This document shows, piece by piece, positions 50,051-60,699 of a stretch of 64,000 bases of DNA. The first letter of the stretch is position 1; every line of letters begins with the position of its first letter. A program made the position numbers and the translations under genes. Under the pieces are notes generated by a model, which was not told the origin of the DNA, made no database searches, and worked only from the letters and a program-made list of their open reading frames with translations. Source of the DNA: Isurus oxyrinchus. Lineage: Eukaryota. The DNA lies in the NCBI GenBank assembly GCA_026770705.1, contig JANJGN010000071.1:2232001-2296000 (forward strand), written 5' to 3'.

Positions 50051-52609
50051 GTAGGGTGTGGTGGTGTGTGTCAGCTTCACCTGCGACTTCTGAGCCGTCT
50101 GAATCACTCCCACTCCCTGGGTTCTAGACCTTGGACTTATTCGGGGCTTGTCACAAAGTGCAGCAGACAACTGGTTTTGGTGCAAGACAAAAACTGAGTT
50201 TACTGAAGTCACAAATGAACTTATAACATTAGGATGACACTGAGATTATACAGACTTACAAAGTACACTGAGTTAAGAATAGGGAACACATGGCATAACG
50301 AGGGAGAATCACGCTACTAATGCCCTTACCCTTGTCCCACCCCCCATCCCTAACTAAATTGCACTAGGAGAGGTCAGGGGTCACGCTCACCAACCCAGGG
50401 TTCCTTGACAGGTGGAAATCCAGCCAGGTAAGCCGGTTGCAGTTTTGGGGGACGCTCTTAGTGTCCTCTGGGGCCTGTCATCCCCACGTGGTCCTGGTCT
50501 GTGGAATCTGTGAAGGGTCTTCAGTTGGGTGGAGGGCGCGGTTGTGGGTGGTCGATCTTCATGGAGGGCAGCGGTTGTGGCCTTGTTGTCTTCGGTTGAG
50601 CCTGCCACCCCGTGCCCCTCACCGTGATGTTGCCTGTGGGCCTGCAAACCTCCAGATCTCCTTGCTTAAACTCTGCTTCAGCCGCTCCCAACTGCTCACT
50701 GCCCTGTGTCAGCTTTCAACACTGCAACCCTTCTGCTGGCTGGTTTCTCTCCCAACTGACTGCCCAGTTATACTGCCTTTCGAGTTTCTTATCGCAATCC
50801 AAATCAAGGTTCGTTCTTTGTTTGTCTTTGGTGGGCTTCCCCAGGTGATTGATGTCTCGTTGTTGTTAATGGGCTCGCATGATGTTTATCATTGTCTTCC
50901 TGCCCAGTAACTAGTTTTGAACTGAAAGCCATTGTATGTGTGGAGTATTGATGGCTTCGCATAATTAAATTGCCGGCCTCAGAAGTTAGGAGCGATTATT
51001 GATGCAAGATTTAGATGGGCTTCAGTTGCGTGTGAAGTGAAGTCTTTCTCTGGGTTGATTGTATTAAAGGGAAGAATGCGTATTCTGTCTCCTCTCGTTG
51101 TCTGGTTTCAGGCCAAACATTCCACACTGCTCTCAATAAGCCCGCACATGTGCAGCCCCAGGCCTTCATGGGCCCAGCCTCCTGTCTGCAGGGTTTTCCA
51201 CTTAACTCAGCAGTTTAAAGGTGCAAAAGTGATATCCTTGTTGATGATATGGAAAATGTGGGAATTTTGAGAACCCTTCAAGAGATAGGGAGGGTTACAG
51301 GGGCTGGAGGAGGTTACAGGTATAGGGAGGGGTGTAGGGGTTGAAGGTGGTTACAGAGATGGGGAGGGTTGTGGGGGTTGGAGGTGGTTACAGATATAGG
51401 GAGGGGTGTAGGGGTTGAAGGTGGTTACAGAGATGGGGAGGATTGTAGAGGCAGGTGGAGGCTGCCTTAGGGAGGGTTGTAGGGGCTGGAGGAAAGGGAG
51501 AGAGAGGGGAGGTTACAGATATAGGGAGGGAGACAGTCAGAGAGAGAGCCTCCAGGAGATAGAGAGCGATAGAGAGATTGAGAGACAGACAGAGACTGAG
51601 AGAGGGAGAAGAGAGAAGGAGAGTGAGAGAGAGAGAGAACAAGTGTGAAAGATGGTGGAAGGGAAGAGTGGGGAGGTGTTGGCCTAATGGTATTTTCACT
51701 GGACCAGTAATCCAGAGACCCAGTGTAATGCTCCTGGGACCCTGGTTAGAATCCCACCACAGCAGTTGGTGGAATTTGAACTCAATAAAAACCTGGAATT
51801 AAAAGTCCGATGATGACCAGGAAACCATTGCCGATTCTTGTATTAGGGTCACAAATGCCCTTTAGGGAGGGAAATCTGCTGTCCTTACCTGGTCTGGCCT
51901 ACATGTGACTCCAGACCCACAGCAATGTGGTTCACTTTTAAAAAGTGGCCTCTGAACAAGGGCAATTAGGGTTGGGCAATAAATGCTGGCCCGGGCAGTG
52001 ATGTCCACATCACATGAAAGAATGAAATAAAAGGACAGAGAGGGACAGACAGAGTCGAGAGACACCCAGAATGAAAAAAATACAGTAAACACTGGAAAAT
52101 AAACATTCTGGTCTGATCTGGTCTTGTATACCTTCAAATGGAACACCAGTAAAACAGGGAAATAAGAGTACTGGGCCAAACTGTTAGAGAGGGACACATT
52201 TAGAGAGAGAGAGAGAGATAGAAAGAGGGAGACACTGAAAGAGATAAGGACAAGGAAAGAAAGAGTGAGAGAGAGAGACAGACAGAGACACACAAAGAAG
52301 TAGAAAGAAAGTGATAGAGATGAAGCAGGAGAGAATGAGGAGAAAGATAGATAGATAGAGAGAGAGGATGGTAGAGAAAGAGAACGAGAGGAAAAGAGAC
52401 AAAGGCAGAATGTGATGGAACACTGAATCCTTGTCTATGCGTTTTGAAATCCAGCCCAGAACTATCATTGGAAGATTCAGCGAGTGTCCAGTACAGGGGA
52501 CCCAGCCCAACCTTCTCATCCTGACCTTCCCAGTGGGGCTGAAGAGGGCAGAGAGGAAACCTTCCTCTGTTATTCTGTTGTCGAATAAACACAACAATTC
52601 TGGAACTCT

Positions 52610-53205
52610 GCCCTTTCTATCTCACGGATTAGAATATAAGGGGGCAGAGGTCATGCTTCAGTCTACATAAAGCCCTGGCTAGACCACACCTGGAGTCACT
52701 GTGAGACATTCTGGGCCCCACACCTTAGGAAGGATATATTGACCTCGGAGGGAGAGCAGTGTCGATTTACCAGAATGAGACCGGGACTCCAAGGGTTAAA
52801 TCACAACGAGAGATTAAACACAAACTCGGCTTGTATTCCCTGGAAGTTAGAATGTTAAGCAGGAGATTTGATGAAAGTTTGCATGATAATAAGGGGAACA
52901 GATTGGGGGCAATAAAGAGAAACCATTTCCCCTGGTTGGGGGGAGTCTGGGACTCGGCGTCAGAGCCTAAAAAGGAATTAAATTAGGAAGTACAAAGGGT
53001 GGGAGAAATTTGGAACTCTCTTCCCCAAACTGAAACTGATGCACGATCAAGTTGTTCATTTTAAACCTGTGAGACTGATAGATTTTTGTTATCCAAAGGT
53101 ATTAAAGGAGATGGGACAAAGCCATATGGGGCTAGTTTGCAGATCAGCCATGATCTCATTGAATGGTGGAGCAGGCTCGAGGGGCCAAATGGCCTCCTCC
53201 TACCC
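52610..53205 (+). mobile_element. CR1 LINE 3' fragment
   Basis: GLEYKGAEVMLQ..., LGLYSLE..., terminal GAATGGTGGAGCAGGCTCGAGGGGCCAAATGGCCT. Confidence 0.75.
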
Positions 53206-53587
53206 TCATGTAATAGAAACTTACCTGTCAGAAGCCAGTTTATGTTGATGTGAGTCTGAGTCGATGACTGAACCCAGTTGGTGACTTGTTCCATACAAAG
53301 CAAGAACGTTCATGCCCTTCAATGTTCCTGGATAAACCAAGAACAAAGCTGATGACAGACAGTCTCCACATGGTAAACACTGACCGATCAACACATGACA
53401 TGGCTGTTAACCCTTAAACCTCAGCGTAAATCAGTTCCCCCTCGAGGCCCCTTGTCCAAAATAAAAGCAACGCACACAATTTGTAAAATAGTAAGTGTAG
53501 CAATGAGAGGAGTAAGGGGTTAGGGGGCATGCGGTTCACCTGATTTGCCAACATAAGAACCAGCCCCTCTGTTTTTGCTATGTTGTG

Positions 53588-53800
53588 TTGCGTCAATATG
53601 AACACATATTTGCACAAGGTGAAGGGCGTTGCGGAGGGACTGATAGTTCTCGGCGCCAGACAGTCAATGTCCCAGTGACCTTACTGCTGGTCCCAGGCCA
53701 GTGGGACAGGGAACATCGACACTGCAATATCCAGAAATGGGTGTGATACCACACAGCTACCCACCCGCGGCTGTCCCCTTCAAGTGTTTCAGGTATAAGA
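53588..53800 (+). promoter_or_regulatory. HAMP: Hepcidin proximal promoter
   Basis: TTGCGTCA (53588, C/EBP-ATF/CRE-like); TTGCACAA (53610, C/EBP); TCGGCGCCAGAC (GGCGCC BMP/SMAD element 53652-53657 plus AGAC); degenerate STAT-like ATCCAGAAA ~53729; TATAAGA 53794-53800. Confidence 0.7.
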
Positions 53801-53870
53801 GCAGGAAGCTCCTCTAGTTACAAACCAAAGCATCAAAGCAGAGCCAGAAGATCAGAAGAGACAGGCAGAG

Positions 53871-53963
53871 ATGGGAAGCTCCCAGATGAAATGGCGACTT
53901 GTCTTGTTCACTCTGACTTTGCTGCTCTCCCTGCAGCTGAGTCACTTCTTCTCCTTGTCGAGG
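53871..53963 (+). CDS. HAMP: Hepcidin exon 1 (signal peptide)
   Basis: MGSSQMKWRLVLFTLTLLLSLQLSHFFSLSR|GTAAGC; 93 nt, phase 0; resembles the mammalian MALSSQIW...LLL leader. Confidence 0.85.
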
Positions 53964-54159
53964 GTAAGCTAAGAGATGTCCCTCTGGGTGAGGTGTTTCT
54001 TGCACATGACTCTACGTCTACCACCCAGATAGACTGGTCACTTCCGCAGTTTGATATTATTATGTTGGTGCGTTTAATATTGTCGCCCTCTATGAATTTA
54101 ACATCATTTCCTTCTGTCGTTTCCCCTGAAATTCTCATTCTTGTTTTCAATCCCTCCTC

Positions 54160-55060
54160 AGCGACTCCCTATCTCTGTAACCTCCTCCAGCCCGTACAAC
54201 CCTCCCTATCTCTGTAACCTCCTCCAGCCCCTACACCCCTCCCTATCTCTGTAACCTCCTCCAGCCGCTACAACCCTCCCTATATCTGTAACCTCCTCCA
54301 GCCCCTACAACAATCCCTATCTCTGTAACTTCCTCCAGCCCCTACAACTGTCCCTATCTCCGTAACCTCCTCCAGCCCCTACAACTGTCCCTATCTCCGT
54401 AACCTCCTCCAGCCCCTACAACCCTCCCTATCTCTGTAACCTCCTCCAGCCCCTATAAACCTCCCTATCTCTGTAACCTCCTCCAGCCCCTACAACCCTA
54501 CCTATCTCTGTAACCTCCCCCAGGCCCCACAACCCTCATGATCACTGTAACCTCCTCTAGACCCTACAACCCTCCCTATCTCTGTAACCTGCTCCAGACC
54601 CTACAACCCTCCCTATCTCTGTAACCTCCTCCAGACCCTACAACCCTCCCTATCTCTGTAACCTCCTCCAGGCCCCACGACCCTCAGAATCACTGTAACC
54701 TCCTCCAGCCCCTACAATGCTCATGAACTCTATAACGTCCTCTCCACACTATAACTCTCTCTATCTCTGTAACCTACTGTGGCCCCTACAACAGTATCTA
54801 TTTTGGTAACCTCCTCCAGCCTCGACAACCCTCCCTACCTCTGTAACCTCCTCCAGCCCCCACAACCCCCCCATCTCTTTAACCTCCTACAGCCCCTACT
54901 CACCTCCCTATCTCTGTAACCTCCTACAGCACCTACAACCTTCCCTATCTCTGTCACCTCCTACAGCCTCTAGAACCCTCCCTATCTCTGTTACCTCCTA
55001 CAGCCTCTACAACCCTCCCTATCTCTGTAACCTCCTCCAGCCGGAACAACCCTACCTAAA
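54160..55060 (+). repeat. 37-bp minisatellite in hepcidin intron 1
   Basis: CTCCCTATCTCTGTAACCTCCTCCAGCCCCTACAACC, about two dozen copies. Confidence 0.92.
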
Positions 55061-55114
55061 TCTCTGGTCTGAGTCTCACTCCAGGGAATTCAGTCCCATA
55101 ACGTCGGTCAACAC

Positions 55115-55710
55115 TCCGTGCTGAGGGAGTGCTGGACTGTCAGAGGGTCAGTAGTGTGGAAGTGTTGCACTATTGGAGGGACAGTACTGAGTGAGTGCTA
55201 TACTGTCGGAGGTCAGTACTGAGGAAGTGCTGCATTGTTACAGGGTCAGTACTGTGGAAGTGTTGCACTGTCGGAGGGTCAGTACTGAGGGAGCGCTGCA
55301 CTGACGGAGGGACAATACTGTGGGAGTGCAGCACTATCGAAGGGTTAGTACTGAGGGAGTGCTGCAGTGTCAAAGGATTAGTACTGAGGGAGCACAACAA
55401 TGTTGAATGAGACATTAAACTGAGTCCCCCGTCTGCCCTCTCGGGCGGGTGTGAAAGATCCCACAGCCACTATTTGGAGGAAGAGCAGGGGGGAGATCTC
55501 CCCGGTGTCCTGGGACCAATATTTATCCCTCACCCAACATCACCAAAAACAGATGATCTAGGCCATGATCACATTGCTATTTGTGGGATCTTGCTGTGCA
55601 CAAATCAGCTGCCACATTTCCTAAAGTGTGAGTGCACTTCAAAAACATCCTTCAGTGGCTGTGAAATGCTTTGGGATGTGGTGAAAGGCGTTAGAGAAAT
55701 GCAAGTCTGT
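55115..55710 (+). mobile_element. Deu-domain SINE (SacSINE1/AmnSINE1-like) with amplified 33-bp unit; second copy ~57395-58000
   Basis: GAGACATTAAACTGAG..GTCTGCCCTCTC..AAAGATCCCA..CCTGGGACCAATATTTATCCCTCA..TTTGTGGGATCTTGCTGTGC; recognised from memory of the Deu core. Confidence 0.7.
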
Positions 55711-55807
55711 CCTCCTCCCCCTCTCTCTCCTGTACCTCTCTCTCTCTCTCTCCCTCTCCCTCAATCCTCCTCTCACTTTCTCCCTGATAAATTCTTTCTT
55801 TTTGCAG

Positions 55808-55864
55808 GTTGACACTGCTTTAGGTTCTTCGACGATTGAGAAATCTGTGGATTCCCCGGACACG
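55808..55864 (+). CDS. HAMP: Hepcidin exon 2 (pro-region)
   Basis: Long polypyrimidine tract + TTGCAG, donor ACG|GTAGGT; 57 nt, phase 0-0; VDTALGSSTIEKSVDSPDT. Confidence 0.78.
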
Positions 55865-58091
55865 GTAGGTGGAAATTCATTCCTTATTTTAAGGTTTCTC
55901 CCTGCTCGTTTCTTCCACAGAAAGTTTTCTGATTTCAAGCTGATTTCAGTGGCAGTCTGTCTCGGTTATACTCAGGAGGCATGTTTGAAATCGAGCCCCC
56001 CCCAACTTTTTTTGCAAAGCTGGGAAGAGACAATTCCAAGGAAGTGAACATATCCCCACAGGAATTTTAAATGTAACCCACGCCGGGAATAGTGAGAGGG
56101 AGACTGATCCAGCCTGGGAGTGGGTTAAAGAGAGGCTGGGAGTCGAGAGTCGGAGAGAGGGATGGAATGGGGGAGGGAGGGATTGGAAGAGAGAGACAGA
56201 GAGTGGGATGGGGAGGGGTGAAAGGGAAAGAACATAGGTGGGAGAGAGTGACAGAGGGAGAAATTAAAGAAGAGATGCAGAGTGAGGGAAAGTGAAAAGG
56301 GAAGAGAGATTGTCCAAGAGAGAGAAATTAACAGGGAAGGGAGAGTTACAGAGTGAGCGAAAGGTACAAAAATAGTGTGAGAGGGAGAGATACAGAGTGG
56401 GAGAAGGAGACAGGGGAGAGAGAGGGAGAGAGACAGGAAAAGGGAGAGAGGAGAGAAAGATTGGGAGAGAGGGCAATTGAGAGGAAGAGTAGGAGAGAGA
56501 GAGACAGGGAGAGGAGGAGTGGATGAGAGGAAGAGAGAGAGAGATATGGAGCAGGAGAACACCTCCTCCGGTCCCGATGTTCCTCCAAAATCTCTGACAT
56601 TACTGCATCTCCCGGGTCCCCCTGATTCCCATCGCTCCACCATTGGTGGCCGTGCCTTCAGCTGCCTGGGTCCCTGAGCTCCGGAATACCCTCCCTTAAC
56701 CTCTCTGCCTCTCTCTCTCTCTCTCCTTTAAGACGCTCCTTAAAAACTGACATCTTTGACCAAGCTTTTGGTCACCTAACCCTAATATCTCCATATGTGA
56801 CTCAGTGTTAGACTTCTCTCTGATTTACGCTCCGGTAATGTGGGCTGGGACATTTTGCAATGTCAGAGGCGCTGTGTAAATGCAAGTTGTGAGTGTTATG
56901 TGGAAGGGCGACCCCAGGCGGCAGTCAGTGCCAGTGACTGGAGTCATTGTGCGCAGACCATATCTAATCTCTCCGAATGCACAATCGGTTTGACTGTCAG
57001 CCAAAGCACTTTTGATATTTGATCCTTCTAACTGTTTATAACCAGGCCTACATCATACACCGAGAGGCTGGTTAATCAACAGACACCTTAGAGGATCAAG
57101 TGAAAGACAAAGAGGACTTGCATTTCTCTAGCGCCTTCCAACACATCAGGACGTCCCAAACTGTTTCGCAGACAATCAAGTGCTTTTTTTCTTTCATGTG
57201 AGGTCACTGATGTACTGTGGGAAAAGAATCAGCCATTGGCGCACAGTAAGATCCCACAGACAGCAGCATGATAATGACCAGCGCACTCCCAGTACTTGCA
57301 CTGCAAGTGTCAGTTCAGGGTGTCTGCTCGATTCTCTGCAACTCTCAGCTCTGAGTTAAAAGGACCACCAGGCGTAATTGAGAAATTACCGAGCTGTCGG
57401 AGGGTCAGTACCGGCGGGGGGGCAGGACTTTCGGAGGGTCAGTACTGAGGGGGTGCTGCATTGTCAGACGGTCAGTCTTGGAGTGCTGCATTGTCAGAGG
57501 GTCAGTACCGGCGGGGGACTGCACAGTCGGAGGGTCAGTACTGAGGGGGTGCTGCATTGTCAGACGGTCAGTACTGAGGGAGTGCTGCACAGTCGGAGGG
57601 TCAGTACTGAGGGGGTGCTGCACTGTTGAAGGCGCTGTCTTTCAGATGAGATGTTAAACTGAGACAACATCTGCCCTCTCAGATGGATGTAGAGGATTCC
57701 ATGGCCACAATTTAAATGAAGTGCGTCAGGAGTTGGGGGTATGTGTGGAGGGGGTGGTGGGGGGTGGATGGGATGCAGTTATGTCTGCTTTCCTGGGGCA
57801 AACATTTATCCCTCAACTGACATTGGTAAAAACCTGAAAATCGGGGCCATTATCACATTTCTGTTTGTGGGATCTTGCTGTGCGTGAATTGCCTGCTGCG
57901 TTTCCTACATTACAGCGGTGAGCTCACTTCAGAAAAAGTCCTTCCTTCAGCTGTGGAACACTTTGGGCCATCCTGAGGAGGGGAAAGGCGCTATAGAAAT
58001 GTGCCATCCTCCTTCCAATGACGCGCCTGATTGAAATGATGCCTTCTTTCTTTCCGGAATGTTCTCACCTATTGTCCTCCTGCTTTTCCAG

Positions 58092-58208
58092 GGCTCCTTG
58101 CTGCAGCGCCAGAAGAGAATGGGCAGACAGCAGCTCTGCAGATTCTGCTGTAACTGCTGTAATTGGAGAGAACCAAATGAGACTTGTGGTCTCTGCTGTA
58201 GATATTAG
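58092..58208 (+). CDS. HAMP: Hepcidin exon 3 (furin site + mature 8-Cys peptide)
   Basis: TTTTCCAG acceptor; GSLLQRQKR|MGRQQLCRFCCNCCNWREPNETCGLCCRY*; C-x2-CC-x-CC...CG-x-CC hepcidin signature. Confidence 0.93.
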   Translation, partial: GSLLQRQKRMGRQQLCRFCCNCCNWREPNETCGLCCRY

Positions 58209-58536
58209 ACCCTGGCCTCATTCACGCAAGGTCATCCTGCACCATGCCACAGCCTCTCCCCTCCTTATCTACTGCTTAGCAATCTATTTCACACAGGCCC
58301 TGTTCATTAATTCCAACTGAAACTTTACCTGCGTTTTACAGCAGGGAAAGAAGCCATTCGGCCCATCTGTTCCATGCTGGAGTTTCTGCTCCACACGAGT
58401 CTCCGCCCACCCCTTCTCCATCTCACCCCATCACCATATCCTTCTATTCATTTCTCCCTCGTGTGTTTATCCAGCTTCCCCTTAAATACATCGACACTAT
58501 TCACCTCACGTGACTGTGTTTGTGTCTGTCTTTATG

Positions 58537-58573
<37 letters not shown>

Positions 58574-58677
58574 CTGTCAATATGTGTGTGTCAATGTGAA
58601 TGTGTGTGATTGTGTCAGCGTGTGTGTGTGTATGTGTGACTGTCAGTGCGTGTCAATGTGAATGTGTGTGATTGTGT

Positions 58678-58710
<33 letters not shown>

Positions 58711-60699
58711 ACTGTGTCAGTGTGTGTCAATGTGAATGAGTGAGTGTGTCAGTGTGTCTGTGTGGGTGTGTGTGACTGTGTCAGTGTGTGTCAATGTGAA
58801 TGAGTGAGTGTGTCAGTGTGTCTGTGTGGGTGTGGGTGTGTGAGTGTGCAAGTGAATGTGTGAGGAATCTTATGACTAAGTCATTTGAATGGATGTTACT
58901 GGGGTTAATGATAGTTAAAATTCAGAGTGATGTAAAGCGGGCTCCTGATTTTGCTGCTTTATGCTCCCGGGCACAGATTGACCCCGACAATGTGTTCATG
59001 ATTCACCATCATCTTGTCGGGACTTTAATTGTAAAGATTATGATTTGTGAAAAAAAATGAATAAACAACTTGTGTCTTCACAAAGTGTCTGGCTTGGTAT
59101 TTCAGGCTACTTGTCTCTCCCTCACCCTCCCCCCCCACCATGCCCCCCACACCAGGGAACAATTGTCCCCCCTTCCTCTGAAGTTCTGGGTAAAGATCAG
59201 CTTTGTTCAATGCAAGCTGTTCCGACATCGAGAACGTTGTTACAAATATCTCACAAAGGGCACACGCCATGATAGCCCACTTTCAACAGATTTTACCAGT
59301 TGACCAGGTTGAAAACCTTTTCATAAACCACAACGTAGGTGTTCAATTCTTGCTGCTGTTTGCTTAATGTTCTCATAACTGCTATAACCTCTCTAGTTCC
59401 ACTACATAACAACACCAACATAAATAAACAGAAGCAGGAGTAGGCCTTTTGGCCTCCCAAGCCAGCTTGTCCATTCAATTTGAACCTGGCTCCTGCTGAA
59501 AGTTATTTAAGTTGAAGCGATAAAGCCATCAGGTGCAGGGATTAAAATGTAAGCAAAGGAAAAATAATACTTAGACATGAGATTTAAAATCAGTTTCTGT
59601 GAAGAATCATACTGAGGCCATTGCACTGGATTCCTTCTTTCCAGAGTGAAGGGTTTAAAACTAGGAGTCACATTCAGCAGCTGCGTTGTCTTCTCTAGTT
59701 GACTATTTGGAGGTTGCCTGTAGATGTGAATCAGCAGGTCAGCAGCTTTGGGGAGTGAGTGAAGGTCCCTTTTATTTACAGGATCTGCCACAGGATGTGC
59801 AGGAATATTCCTGCTGAATTCTCCATCCTTGCATTCATGAAGGGTTTGAAACTGGAAGTCATATTCAGCAGCTGCAATGGCCTCTGTAGCCAACTGTCTG
59901 GAGGTTGCCTGTACAGGTGGACTCAGCAGGTCAACAGCTTTGTAGGGCCGGGGGGTGCACGGGTAGTAAAGGTCCCTTTACTTTAAAGGCTCTGCCAGTG
60001 CAACACTTGATGATCCTGGGTCAAAATCATGTATCACCCTCCCCAACAGCACTGTGGATGTGCCCTATGGAGGTTCCTTGGCTTCGACAAGCAGCCTACC
60101 AGCTCTACTCTCAATTCCTCTTCGCACTTGCTTCCTTCCTCCTCTGGTCTTTACTTTGTTATAGTGTTAGTGTCCGCTCTGCCTTTTTTGTTGCTTTCCC
60201 AATTCTTCCCACCAACTCTCTCTGGCTTGATCCTTCTCTGTGCTCATCTCATTGGTTTGGGTTTCTATCCGTTCATTGACCTGGTGTCATCTGAAACTGG
60301 TGCAATCAGGTAGGGGTGGGGGGGTTGGCGCTGGCCGTGGGTGGTGATACACGGCTACCTTTTTACCAAAATTCTTTCACGGGATGTGGACAGCGTTTGT
60401 TACCTGTTCCTGACTGAGCCCTTGAGAAGGGGGTGCTGAGCTGCCTTTTCGAAGTGCTGCAGTTCGCCTGGTTTGACTGGTCTGTGGCGGGTTTTGATAT
60501 AACTCAGTGGCTTGCTCGGCCATTTCAGGGGCCAGTTAAGAGTCAACCACATTGCTGTGGGTCAGGAGTCACACGTAGGCCAGAATGGGTAAGGACGGCA
60601 GGTTTCCTTCCCCAAAGGGCATTAGTGACCCAGATGGGTTTTTGCAACAATTGGCCTTAGTTTCATGGTCACCATTACTGAGACTAGCTTCGCATTCCA

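Noticed and set aside
49174-50127. Longest ORF in the track (317 aa)
   Set aside because: Chimera of Gypsy-adjacent sequence and a ~43-bp minisatellite; no splice or domain support.
58092-58208. LEAP2 or defensin identity for the Cys-rich peptide
   Set aside because: Eight Cys in C-x2-CC-x-CC...C-G-x-CC spacing is hepcidin; LEAP2 has four and beta-defensins six.
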